A DNA stretch of 64,000 nt. Source: Felis catus. Its lineage: Eukaryota. This document shows, in pieces, positions 1 to 12,190 of the stretch. Position numbers and translations under genes: made by a program. The number at the start of each line of letters is the position of its first letter. Positions within the stretch are counted from its first letter, which is position 1. The stretch lies in contig NC_058368.1 in the NCBI RefSeq assembly GCF_018350175.1, positions 109,122,001-109,186,000 on the forward strand, in the 5' to 3' direction. The notes under the pieces were generated by a model that was not told the DNA's origin, ran no database searches, and saw only the letters and a list, made by a program, of their open reading frames with translations.

Positions 1-53
1 TGTCCTTGTGGGCATGGGCCAGATCTCCAACTATGTGGCAGCATTTGTCCTGG
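1..53 (+). CDS. SLC22A5: SLC22A5 (OCTN2) exon 3, 3' part (window starts inside the exon)
   Basis: Frame from nt 2 reads VLVGMGQISNYVAAFVL-G, the OCTN motif containing Q207/N210/Y211; donor G|GTATGG at 53/54 (phase 1). Confidence 0.95.
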
Positions 54-1050
54 GTATGGCCATCAAGTTGGAGTTGAGTACTTGATCCTGTGTTTCACCA
101 TCATCCCACCACCCACTCTCTGGAGATAGCTATGATGTCCCCCAAGGGGAAGTGGTCTCTAGCAATACCAACCAGCACTGCTTGAACCTAGTTTTGTAGG
201 CAGTGAAATTGAGTCCTCTGAGTGCCCACCCTTGAGTCACTAGGAGCATGGTAGCCTGAAGGCTGAATTCCAGTTCTTTTCTGGTCTCTGAGATGTGGAC
301 CTTGGCCCCATTAGTATTCAATAGCCACTTTACTAGAATTCACCCAAGATCATCTGTTAAAAAAAAAAGAGCCTTCCCAGAGCTAAGGTTGCTAAGGAAA
401 GATGGAGACATGATGTGAGGAGCAAGGGCCATGAATGGTAGGCTTGCCAAGGAAGAAAACTGCCTCTTCTGTAAAGCATTGTGTCCAGGGAAACTGACTG
501 GAAAGAACGAATTGATATGAATGGACTTTAGTCTCGTGATGTTTAGGATTTTAATTCCAAGAACACACTGCAGTACTTTGGCCTGTTCTCACTGAAAGTC
601 CCACTCTCACTGTTTGGAGGAATCCAACTCTAGCTTATTGGTCTTTGGGTTCCTTGGGTTGTATGCTGAAAGGATTATTTCTTTCTCTTCACGTCTAATA
701 GAATAATCTTTTCTTAAAAATATTTCCTTTAAGCCCCCATGTGCATCCTTCATAGTGACGTCCCCTTTAATAAATTCTTCCTCACATGAGGATTACATTT
801 TGAGGCCTAACATGGCATCTTTAGTTTACAGCTTGGGGAAGTGATAAAATTTTCAAGGTAGAACTGTCCTTGAGGAGCCTAAGAGGCCAGCGTGGGGCAC
901 CCCCAGTGGGCGCCCAGACTGCACGGGGTTCAGAATCCCACCGTTTCCTAGGGCGTGGCTGCTTCCATTTCTGTTGAAAATTACGTAAGAGAAAATCAAA
1001 AAGGAAATTACTTAAATTAAAGTGCTAACATGACTCCTCCCTTGTTTTGA

Positions 1051-1227
<177 letters not shown>

Positions 1228-1279
1228 TGAGTGTCGCCTGTGCCCAGGGGTGCCCTTCCGCAGGATGTCTTCCACCTGG

Positions 1280-1298
1280 CCTTCACTAGGGGGCAGCA
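1280..1298 (+). promoter_or_regulatory. Candidate CTCF site, SLC22A5 intron 4
   Basis: TCACTAGGGGGCAG against the CTCF core CCASYAGRKGGCRS: one mismatch. Confidence 0.5.
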
Positions 1299-2136
1299 GC
1301 AAGCCACAAATCCCTATTTGGGCTCCCAGAGACAGGGAGTGTAAATTAGTTGTAAGTTGTTTCAGAATGTTTTTTCCCTACCGGAAAAGCCAAAAAGGCA
1401 ACAAAACAAAATCCCCAGACATCAACAGACTTGTTCTCAGTCCTGTGCTGGGTTTATTGAAGCGCAAGGAGAGGAAGAAGTTGTAGCCGGGAGACGATGG
1501 GGTCTAGTATGAGCTTCAGGAAGTTATCAGACTGACAAGACTGCCTAGGCCCTGGTTCCAGCTGTGTGTTGCCAAGACCTCACACCACAGGCACTGGGAG
1601 AAGAGGGAGAGCACTGGAAGTGAGAGTCCCCTGGCTTACACGGAGGAAGCCAGGCTCCATATGGGCTTCCAAGATAGAGGACTTGGACAGGCAAAGAGGA
1701 GGCTGTCCATACCAAGAGTGGGAACACAGCAGAGCGGCTGAGGCAGGAATTGCCCCTTGCAGGTGGGGTTGGTGAGATCACTGCTCCCCTTAGAGCAGAG
1801 AGCATTACAGAGCATAGTGGGAGAGGACACAGAGCAGAGCATGAGTCCTTCCTGGTCATGACCAAAGGGCAGAGTCCATTTGGTGAGGTAGAAAATAAGA
1901 TCCATAAAGTCTTAAAGTCCCAGGTGCTTTGATAAACATAGGCAGGGGATCTGACAAGTCATTTGGATGCAGCAGGGGTGGGAAGTGAGGAAAAACTACA
2001 GGCTAAGAAGCCAGTGCAGAAGCTTCCGTGGATGCTGGGGACAAGTAGGAAAGTACAACAGGGCAAGAGTCTGGGCTGGGCCAGGCCCAGGACAGAAGCC
2101 AGGCTTCAGGAACTTATCTTGTGCCTTTCTCCTCAG

Positions 2137-2155
2137 TGTCCAGCAGGTGGCACCA
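2137..2155 (+). promoter_or_regulatory. Candidate CTCF site, SLC22A5 intron 4
   Basis: TGTCCAGCAGGTGGCACCA matches the CTCF core CCASYAGRKGGCRS exactly. Confidence 0.6.
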
Positions 2156-2426
2156 CCATTCTTTAGAAATGGAGGTGGCCAGCCTAAGAAGGAATCTCGT
2201 CCCGGTGTGCAGGACCCTCCAAATTTTGTGCACTCTTGAGGTTACTCAAAAGCTCACAGTTCAGGTCATTAGTGGGTATAGTGTCAACCATCTCTTTGCT
2301 TCTCGCTTGGAAACACCAGACATTCCCCAAATGTAGACTCTAAAACCCCATTTCCCACTTCCACTTATGCTGCACCTGGTCTGTTGGGCAGGACTGTCCC
2401 AGTGAGATTATTGCTTATACATCCAG

Positions 2427-2553
2427 GTTCATCCCAGAGTCCCCCCGATGGCTCATCTCTCAGGGACGATTTGAAGAGGCAGAGGTCATCATCCGCAGGG
2501 CTGCCAAAATCAATGGAATTGTTGCACCCTCAACTATCTTTGACTCAAGTGAG
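2427..2553 (+). CDS. SLC22A5: SLC22A5 exon 5 (127 bp)
   Basis: Acceptor atccAG|G; reads [42 protein letters not shown] (SLC22/MFS PESPRWL motif); donor GAG|GTAAGC. Confidence 0.97.
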
Positions 2554-4260
2554 GTAAGCGCCATGAGGGAGCTGGGCAGAGGGTGTCCGTGACCATGATT
2601 TTAGGCCAGCACCACGCAGGAGCCCAGCCCTCTCTCTGCCCAAGCCCCAGCTGCCCTGCAGCAGGTCCTGTTCAAATTCACATGTTGAGGAGAAGGTACC
2701 AGTTGTCCAAATCTCTTCACCTTCACCTTTGGTTGTCACACTTATGTAATTCTCTTCTAGGCAATCATATAGTTAAACCATTAATTTGAATAATAAACAC
2801 TCTGAGTAATAGGACTTGCATGAAGTTGGCATCATGGGAAATTATTGTTTCTCATGTCTTAGGTAGTTTCTCATCTTAAAAAAAATAGTACATAAAATGT
2901 GGAGCAAAAGTAGGTTTGGAGTTAGAAATGTCCAGTGTCCTTCCACCCACCAGTCATTCGTGTTGCATATCATCTTGGAGCCAGCTCCTTTTTGATATCC
3001 GCCTCTTCCGCCTATGCCACCCCTCTCTGCAAACCCTATTCTCATGTGCCATGGGTAATTTCCTGGCTCTGCCTTATTCCTGGGTCTTGATTCTCCCTCC
3101 TGTTCCCTCTCCTTCCACCATCTAGAGCAGGCAGTTTTCCTTAGTCTCATGACTACCACAAGAGGTTAGAAGTTGTAATTGCTGGCTGATGGGGTCCTGG
3201 AATGTGTCTCTGATCTGATGGGAAGACAAGGCTGTGAGAACAGCCACTAGCAGTCATGCTGAAGTGTGTGCAGAAGGAACGTGAGAAACACTCAGGACTC
3301 AGGTGCAGACCAGGGCTTAGGAAAGGGAGACCAGTTATTACAGGCATCAGAGAAGCTGCTGGCCACCAACAGCCCTGCCTGCCTCACAGTTAAGTGCTGG
3401 CCCAGCAACAGCTCCCACCCAGCACGTACTGGAAGGGCCTCTGACACACAGATGGCAGGGCGGGAGTAGATGGCAGGGAGGGCTTTTAAGTGTGGTAGCT
3501 TTGGTGGCTTTTCAGTGAGGGGTCAGTCTGGGTGAACCCATAAGCCCCACTGGCATCTTTGAGGAAATGAGGCTATTTCAGGGGCTCCATTAAAGTCAAA
3601 ATTTGACCTTTGGTTGAACTGCTAACTTGAGAAAAACAAACTCCAAAGCTGGGTTTGCTTAAGAAAGCAACATCAGTGTGTTTAGACGTGTGGTTTATTA
3701 ATGTCCTTGGCTGTGCCAAATTTCATAGGAAGTTACTCTGGGTGAAGCTGAGGTCAATTTTCCTGTTTTTCTATCTGAAATTTTTTTCCTTGGAAGTAAC
3801 CCAATAACTACATGGTATGAGGACTCAAAACATTAATTCTTTAAAAATATCAAATCAATAAAGTGCACAGCCAGTTTCTCTCTCTGACCCAGAGGGCAGG
3901 GAGCCAGCCTCAGGAAGGAATGCTCGGGAGGCCTCCCTGGAATGTGGCCACTGATGGTGGCTGGGGGTGGGGCAGAGAAGGAGCTGTCAGCCTGGGCCTC
4001 TGCCTTGGCTGCATCCCCTGAGGGACAGGTCACCTACTTTTCCTTATTCTTGCTCACTAATGTGTCATCAACAAGGCCTGGGGATGCCTTCTGCAGCAGC
4101 GTAAGATACACTCAGCACACTTTTTCTTTTCAAGAAAGAAACATAAAACACTCACCAACTTGGAGACGCAGAAAGCTAAGATGATAGGGTTCAGGCGTGT
4201 TATTGAATCTCTGAGTCTCCAGCCTCTCCATCCCATACCCTTGTCATATCATTCCTGCAG

Positions 4261-4361
4261 CTACAAGACCTGAGTTCCAAGAAACAACAGTCCCACAGCA
4301 TTCTGGATCTGCTTCAAACCCGGAATATCCGAATGGTCACTGTCATGTCCATAATTCTGTG
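4261..4361 (+). CDS. SLC22A5: SLC22A5 exon 6 (101 bp)
   Basis: Acceptor ttcctgcAG|; reads [33 protein letters not shown](W); frame-preserving donor TG|GTGCGT. Confidence 0.95.
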
Positions 4362-6022
4362 GTGCGTAAGTGAGACCTACCTGAGGCTTCCTGACAAAGC
4401 TTCTGGCAGTGGCTGTCAGGCCTCTCATTTGCAAATGTGTGTCTCAGACCAAATTGAAAGCCTGTGTCATCAGAAAGCGTAAGGGATCTGCCTTGCAGTG
4501 AAAGAAGTGGGCATGTCACAATTTTTAGCTTGATGGAATCTCAGAAAAGGAGAATGAAATCTGTTGTGGGGGCTTTTTGGGAAGCTGTGGGGTCTTTGGG
4601 GAAACCGTCCAGGTCCTGAGGCAGATCCTTGATCACTGTGGGCCCTAGTTTGTTTCTGTCCCCTGCACCTCAGACAGTGACTGACGAGGACAGGGGAGGC
4701 CTTTAAGAAGGAGCTAAGTGAAAACGTTATGTCCTTCCCATTACAGAGACTGCTAAGTACTGTCTGGGAATGTGGAAGCAGAACATCCTCCCTTTGAGAT
4801 GTTCACAGATTGTCCTGAAGGCAGGGCCCATAGCCAAGATGTCCTCAGGCTCCTTTTAATGAGGCATTTCACCAAGCGTGTCAGGAGGGCATTTGTGAGT
4901 TACCAGAGCAGGGGGCACAGCCTAGTGCCTTGGTAGCATTGGCTCAGTGGCCAGACCCTTGGGATTGTAGAATACCTGAACTTGCTGGGTGAGAACAGCA
5001 GGCTTCATCTCAGTGTCCTTTGTTACTGGAGCTGTCAGTTTTGAGGCAGCCAGCTATTTTGCTCCCTGGGGGATACTGTGAGTCACTCACTTCCAAGGAA
5101 TTGCCCAGGACCCCTCAGGGCAGTGCACCACACCTGTGTTGGCCTCAGACAGGACCGGTGTTCATCCTGCACCACAGACTTGCCAGCCTATGATGAGTCA
5201 CCTATTCTGTGGTTCACCCAGGTGCTCTTCCACCTCTGGATTTCCCAGGGACTCCTGGACACTTCCTTTTTCCTGATTGTCCCAGCTGTGGTTTCAACAT
5301 GCAGATGAGTCGAAACATCCTAATGCCTAAAGGTCTGGTTTGCCAGAGTGTTGGTCATCAGCAGAGAGAATGCCTACCAGGGACATTGGGAAGCTTGTAG
5401 ATGAGAGATGATGTGGCCCTGCCATCGGGAGCTCCTCCCCTTGTCCACAAGTACAGTGGGGCTGCGGTCAGCCGCTTCTGTCCATCCTCCTCTGGGCTGA
5501 GAGCCACAGATGGCGGGTCTGCTAGGAGGTCTTTCTCCAAATGTTTGACCTAATGATTGTTTTATCTTATCCCTCCAGTCCTGTCACACCTTACTTGACA
5601 CATGCCTCTTTTCTCATTCTCTCCCTCCTTCTGCACTTGCTGGATTTAGGGGCGGGGGGGTCACAGGGTAGGGAAGTAGCTTTTGTGAGTACTTTGGCTT
5701 AGGGTTTTTAAAGCTGAGAAGCACGTTGGAGGTGGTTATTGTTTTTGTTTTTTCTCAACAAAGTAAATCTACCTGAATTATATAAGCCTTTTTGCTGGGA
5801 CTCTTTCTATTTGGAATGCTCTGAAATTGGTGTGGTCCAGGGTTAACATGGGGTTAGGAGGAAATTATCTTTTGTTCTAAGAAATAAGGCTCAGGGTTAA
5901 ACCCGCTGTCCTCCTGGCGAGGATAGTTTTAAATTTCCTGCGCTAATTGTACTTTAAAAGTTGTTGAGGTTGGGAGGCACGTGGATGCTATTTCTCCAGC
6001 TTTCTCCCGCACTCTTTTCCAG

Positions 6023-6237
6023 GATGACCATCTCAGTGGGCTATTTTGGGCTATCCCTTGACACTCCTAACTTGCATGGGGATGTCTATGTGAACTGCTT
6101 CCTGTCGGCAGTGGTTGAAGTCCCGGCATACGTGCTGGCCTGGCTGCTGCTACAGCACCTGCCCCGGCGCTACTCCATGGCCACTGCCCTCTTCCTGGGC
6201 GGTAGCGTCCTCCTCTTCATGCAGCTGGTGCCTCCAG
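6023..6237 (+). CDS. SLC22A5: SLC22A5 exon 7 (215 bp)
   Basis: Polypyrimidine tract plus ttccAG|G; reads [71 protein letters not shown] (inside ORF 5961..6317); donor CAG|GTAGGG. Confidence 0.97.
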
Positions 6238-6554
6238 GTAGGGGCCACATGCATCTGTGGTCTGGAGTTTTTGCTGACTCACTCATTCTCTACCAGGCTG
6301 TGTCCCCCCATCAATGAAGAAAATGAAATCACGCAGAAACAGCTTACTTGCATATCTGCATCCTCCATCAAAAAAATCAAGAGAAAGTGTCTCCTGGGAC
6401 CAGACACTCATCATGGCTTGGGCTTTGGGGGAGTGGTGAGAGCTGGTGGTGAGCATTAACTCTCCCAAGTTAAGGTGTGCATATGTGTCCTCTGCAGAGT
6501 AAGGGGGAAGAAAGAGCCAACCCCATTACTCTTGAACCTGGGCCTATGTTAATC

Positions 6555-7010
6555 ATGTATTCAATAAGTAGCTCCGGAGTGCCTCTGTGGACCAGGTGCT
6601 GTGCTTGGGGCTAAAGACGCAGAATTAAACAAGTCAGACAGAACCCCAGGCCCTCCTGGAGTTTGCAATCTAGTTGTGAAGACAACAAACCAGTAAATAA
6701 AATGGTTAATATGGTGCAGACTGGGTCACCTTTGATAATAACAATAAAAGACAGTGGAGAGCTAGTTTAAATAGAGCAGTCATGGACAGTGTCCCTGAAG
6801 AACAGGCATTTGCAAGTGAGCAAGGACGTAGATGGAATGATGGAGAAGACCGTGAGAGGGTCTACACATAGAGCATTTCAGGCTGAAGAAACAGCAGAGG
6901 CAGAGACCCTGAGGAGGGAATAACTCTGGTATGTCTGAGAAGGAGGGAGCCGGTAAGAGGTGAAGGGATGGAAAAGGAACGGGCCAGGCACCGCATGGGT
7001 TTCACAGGCC
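6555..7010. mobile_element. Ancient L2-like LINE fragment in intron 7
   Basis: Degenerate L2-type text (attcaataag...gtgccagg/accaggtgctgtgcttggggct...ggagtttgcaatctagtt...gcagagaccctgagg); recognised by eye. Confidence 0.5.
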
Positions 7011-7020
7011 ATTAGCTGGA

Positions 7021-7246
7021 TTTTTTTTTAATTTTTTTTTTTTAACGTTTATTTATTTTTGAGACAGAGAGAGACAGAGCATGAATGGGGGAGGGGCAGA
7101 GAGAGAGGGAGACACAGAATCGGAAGCAGGCTCCAGGCTCTGAGCCATCAGCCCAGAGCCCGACGTGGGGCTCGAACTCGCGGACCGTGAGATCGTGACC
7201 TGAGCTGAAGTTGGAAGCTTAACCGACTGAGCCACCCAGGCGCCCC
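7021..7246 (-). mobile_element. Can-SINE (young felid SINEC_Fc type)
   Basis: Reverse complement of the GGGGCGCCTGGGTGGCTCAGTCGGTTAAG head, (CT)n region and A tail; TSD TAGCTGGATTTTT on both sides. Confidence 0.93.
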
Positions 7247-7255
7247 TAGCTGGAT

Positions 7256-7472
7256 TTTTTTTTTAATGTTTATCTTATTTATATTTGAGAGAGAGAAAGT
7301 GAGCATGTGTGGGGAAGTGGAAGAGAGAAAGAGAGGGAGAGAGAATCCCAAGCAGGCTACATGCTATCTGTGCAGAGCCCAATGTGGGGCTCAGACTCAC
7401 AAACCATAAGATCATGACCTGAGCCAAAGCCAAGAGTTGGATACTCAACTGACTGAGCCACCCAGGAGCCCC
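7256..7472 (-). mobile_element. Can-SINE (older copy)
   Basis: Ends ...actgagccacccaggagcccc; poly-T tail on the + strand. Confidence 0.9.
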
Positions 7473-7473
7473 A

Positions 7474-7669
7474 ATTTTTTTTGAGAGAGAGAGAGAGACA
7501 GAGAGAGAGGGAGAGAGCATGTGCATGCACGTGAGTGGGGTACGGAAAGAGAGAGCAGCACTCAGCACTGTCAGCACACAGCCCGATGTGGGGCTTGAAC
7601 TCACAAACCATGAGATCATGACCTGAGCTGAAGTCAGATGCTTCACCAGCTGAGCCACTCAGGTGCCTC
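7474..7669 (-). mobile_element. Can-SINE (older copy)
   Basis: (GA)n, then ...tgagccactcaggtgcctc. Confidence 0.9.
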
Positions 7670-8404
7670 AAGTGGATTTTATTTTTAAAACCATCTTGGT
7701 ATCCTACTGATGGGATAAGGAGGCAACCTTTTTCCAGAATTCACAGAACAGTGTGTGGACCTTCGTATTCCATCATGGTATCCAGATACATGAATACGGG
7801 GGCCTCTGGTGGTTGTTTGTGGGTGCCTGAGCCTGGCACTGTTCTGCACAGGCATGGCATATATACATAGAGCTCACACCAGAGCTCAGGGTGACCCACA
7901 GGCCACTGTGCCTCATTGGTACAGCGAGCAGGATAGATAGGATTATTCCTAGGGATCTGCTGTCCTATGAATTGTCAAGGTCTATGTGAGGGAAAGCATG
8001 AAATGAGTTAGAATGGAACCCCATTCATCCACAGGTCGTTCATTGATTCCACAGTGCCTGCAGTGTGCGGTTCTGGGGTGCCACCTGACCCCTCGCCAGG
8101 CATGTCTTTAGTGACTTCTGGACTAGAGCAGGTTTACTTGGGCTATTGAGAGGGTCACTTCGGTGGTCTATAGGCTGAGAAGGGCATGTCCTCACAGAGC
8201 TGTGGGTCCCAGCCTCCTCTCAGGAAGCAACTTGGAGGGATATCTTGGCTACAGCTTCTTATCCCACAGAAGGTCATTAGAGAAACTGTCCCCCATATTC
8301 CAGAAAGGAGAAAATATGTTTGCTTCGGGAAAAAAGATACAAAATGCCTAATAGCAGCGTACCGTGGGTTGGTGCCTTCTACTTCCTTCCCTTTGCCTTT
8401 CCAG

Positions 8405-8587
8405 ATTTGTATTACTTGGCCACTGTCCTGGTGATGGTGGGCAAGTTTGGAATCACTGCTGCCTTTTCCATGGTTTACGTGTACACAGCCGAGCTGTATC
8501 CCACAGTGGTCAGAAACATGGGTGTGGGGGTCAGCTCCACAGCATCCCGCCTGGGGAGCATCCTGTCCCCCTACTTTGTTTACCTCG
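8405..8587 (+). CDS. SLC22A5: SLC22A5 exon 8 (183 bp)
   Basis: Acceptor tttccAG|AT; reads (D)[60 protein letters not shown] (ELYPT motif; inside ORF 8320..8637); donor G|GTAAGT. Confidence 0.97.
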
Positions 8588-9597
8588 GTAAGTCCTGTGG
8601 GCTGGGGCATGCAGGAGCCGTGGCGTGGAAGCACTGATTGCCTTTAATGTGAGCTCTGGTGGGTTGTTAACAGCAAAGCAGGCACACACAGCAGATGGGA
8701 TCCGTCCAGTACCAGATCTATGCCTAGAGAGGGCCTGTGTCCAGGCACACTGTAGAGGAGGCACTCACTTGTAAACAGAAAACGACCTACGCACTAGCTA
8801 GAAATCAGTGAGATAAGTAGAGTTTTGTTTCTGCTCTGGCTATCCCAGGCCTTCCATCAAAGAATCTAGTTCCCTTGTCCTAAGAAACTGCAGCATGGTA
8901 TAGGGAGCCCATGTACTTAATTGAAGAAATTTCTTCTTGGAATCAGAGTATAAAAGGAACATGGAGGGAAGGATGTCCATTCAAGACGTCTGATGGATGA
9001 ACTGAGAATTACCGTAATTTGGAACACTTTGGTTTTACACCATGGTTCTATACTGTGTAAAGATATGCCTTGTGCCAATTTATGTAACAAGGCATAATTT
9101 TTCTCTTCTTTGGAATTATTTCCCCATGGCAGCTTCTCCCTCCTGCACACCCCCAGCCTGCACATCTTTGGGGAGGGTTGGCGGCCGCCTTGAAAGTACC
9201 CAGAACATGTTGTGAACATGCTACATGAACCTGACAAGCAGAAACACATTATCTGGCCTTAAGGCAAAGTGAGCGGGTTGTGACATATCTAGAGAGGTGG
9301 AGGAGTTACTGCTGTACCTGGATGAGAACCTCGAGTTCCATGGAAATGCAGCATTGGGAGATAGGAATAGTGCCCTCCTCCCGGCCCGCACCCCTCCCCT
9401 GTACCGTGAGGCACTGCAGGACCTCTGGGCACGTCTGTGCCAACTCTGGGTTCTGAGACCTGTCCAGGTGCCAGGTTTCAATCTGGTAGCTCAGACTGTG
9501 GGAGATGCAGAGGCTGAGAAGGCACGTGGTCCCCTTTAGAGTCCTGGGAGCACAAAGGGAGGAAGGGAGGCCAAGTCTGACTGCATCCCTCGCTTAG

Positions 9598-9753
<156 letters not shown>

Positions 9754-10116
9754 TAAGGTTGTGCTGGGTTGCTGGGTTGCAGTGTTGATGCACTGGGTCC
9801 AGGCCTGGCTGAGAGTTCCCTACAAACTCTCCCAGACACCGTGGGCTAGTTTAGCCATCAGAGGGTTAGAAATGGCAAGGTGCTTAGAGACTGTCCTGTC
9901 TGGTCTGAGACAGACCACAGTGTCACCATGTGCATCTCCACCACCCCAGAAGCTCTGGGACAGCAAGAGACCAGGAGAAACCTTTTAGAATCTGCTGTAA
10001 GATTTTTTCCCCCTTAGTGAGATCATCTCAGTTCTGGGTTTTGTTTGACTATTCAGAGACTGGTAGACATTTTTTTAAAGATTCATTGCTAACACTAGTT
10101 TTGTTTGTTTTTGTAG

Positions 10117-10204
10117 GATAAAGTACAGGCAAACTCCAAGCCACACAAGGATGTTAAAAGATGGTGAAGAAAGCTCCAAAGTGCTTAAAAGTACAGCCTT
10201 ATAA
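10117..10204 (+). CDS. SLC22A5: SLC22A5 exon 10, coding part to the stop codon (88 bp)
   Basis: Branch-point-like GCTAAC (10088-10093), T-rich tract, gtAG|G; reads [28 protein letters not shown] then TAA at 10202-10204. Joined exons from nt 2 total 1074 nt = 357 aa plus stop. Confidence 0.95.
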
Positions 10205-11545
10205 CACAGCATCCAGTGGGGGAGAAGGTGAGGAGAGGGACAGGGTCTTGTCAGAAACAGCTTGTGCTGTTGTGCAGACACTGAGCCCTTCAGCAGTGGA
10301 CATCTCCACCCTTCATGCTCTTGCCTCTGTGTCTGACTTGCTCCTGGCTGGACACCCAGACTCAGAGGTTGCATGTGGCCCTAGGGCATTACCTTCCCTC
10401 CAGAGTGACAAATTTAGATACATCTTAACTCCCGGATTTGGTGGATGGTGGACTTGGCACTCCCTAAGAAGTTAACTGTTCGCCAGAACCAATGGGACTT
10501 GGAAGAATAAGAGAGGCACATGCTAAATTTACATCTTAATTTCAGGCCACCTGAAAAGACTCCTGACAAAACTGGAGGTCTAATTATCCCCCCAAATCTT
10601 CTCCCCATTTCCCTCTAGTGGTGCACTTTAGAGGAAAACAAATAATTGCACAGAGTTTGCTTTCTCACACTTTCTTAGTCTTAAGGGGTATTAAGTGGGA
10701 TTGTTGCTCCCCCAGGCAGGAGAGCACAGATCTGGGGAAACCTAAAGGTAATTAATACAGAGGGAACTGAGCAGATAATGGAAGAAGGGCAAGTGCATTG
10801 ATTTGTGAGTTCTGGTGCCACTCAGTGTGACTACTGGGTTGACTTGTTTACATCTGATCAAAGCCTTGGGCTTGTCCAGGCCCATACAAGGTGCATCATT
10901 GAATCTTTTATTCTTGTTTTCCACTGCTGTGTGAATCACATCTCTTAGCTTCTGTGGTTTCTGATGTATGATTGGAAGGAAGTGTATCAGTGAGAAAGAG
11001 AGGCAAGCAAACTCATCTCTTTTCTCAAAACTATAATGTAGATTTTGTATATTTGTGTTTTGTTTGTTCATTTGTTGTTTGTTATGTCTTTTTCTGCTTA
11101 AGTTATTTGCCCTTCAGAATAGACTTTAGGAAAGGCTTGTTCTTCAGCCTCCTGGTTTGTGTCTTTGTTGTTTTTTTTCCAACCCAGAATCACTCTGGCG
11201 ATGGCCTGCCATTGCCCTTTGTGCAAAGAAATCAGCCTTAGCCACAAGCACTTCTCTGAGTGCCAAAAATGACGTCACTATAAGAGTTCCTTTTGTGATA
11301 CCTAATCATGGGAAAAAATTACAAAGAAGAAAGTTAAACTGTGTTCACAGTCTTTCAGAGTTGCTCACTTCAGTCGTGTAACATTGGGAGATATTTTGTG
11401 TTCAGTGTAACTGTCTTTTATGATTATGTTACCACGGTACTCCAAAAGCAGATGCTTCACCTGGATAAAAACCATATTTTTGTGAAAGCTACTGAAGTGC
11501 CTTGGTAAATGAAGATGTTTTAATAAATAAAATGATTTTTTAAAT
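10205..11545 (+). other. SLC22A5: SLC22A5 3'UTR (end inferred)
   Basis: Sequence with no recognisable repeat between the stop codon and the AATAAA pair; the cleavage site is inferred, not observed. Confidence 0.7.
11522..11531 (+). terminator. Polyadenylation signal (two overlapping AATAAA)
   Basis: AATAAATAAA at 11522-11531, ~1.3 kb after the stop codon. Confidence 0.7.
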
Positions 11546-11739
11546 AACAGCTGCTGCCTACAACCTTTATTTCCACAATTTGGTGAGTCATGCCACACCA
11601 CCGCCTGACTTTTGTCTGGGTCAGCTTGGGCTCGTTGTTGCAGTGATCGGTGATTAGTCTCTCAGGCTAAGATTTAATCCCTGTGTGCCGGAAACCTTTA
11701 CTTTATTAATTGACAGTGGAATGAGCCAGCCTTCTTGCA

Positions 11740-12190
11740 CAAGTGCCTGGGTTCTCCTGAAAGCAGGGCCTGAGACCAGTGCTTCTGTGCAGTTAGGTAG
11801 TATATTTGGGAACAAGATTCCAAGGGGGAGGAAACAGGGAAGGAGGGACACCCAGTACAAGGATGCACGCTCAGGATGGCCACCACCAAAGGCACTGCTC
11901 CAGCCAGCCAGAACTTCTGAGGAGCCCTCTGCATCTCAAAACCATCTGATCTGCCTCGTGGATAAAAGGGGGAAGCATGTATACATCGGCTTCCTTTCCA
12001 CATGCATCAAAGGCAGCCCCATAGGTGTCAGGCCCCCAGGTTTCCAGGTTGCACATGTGTGAGTCCTGAGCAGGGCCTTTCCTCTGGTTAGAAAGCAAGA
12101 GGTAATATATTGCAGACCCGAGGTGAGGCAATGTCAGGTTGCACTTCAGTGGAGATGGTCAAAGCTTGTGTGAACTGGTCACTGCAAGAG
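11740..12190. mobile_element. Degenerate MaLR (MLT1-like) LTR
   Basis: General resemblance to MLT1 LTR text (gtgcagttaggtagtatatttggga...ccaagggggaggaaacagggaagg); subfamily not determined. Confidence 0.4.

Noticed and set aside
11270..11590. Perfect CRE (TGACGTCA, 11270-11277) and AP-1 (TGAGTCA, ~11584) near the SLC22A5 3' end
   Set aside because: Single 7-8-mers are expected by chance in 64 kb, and I have no further support.
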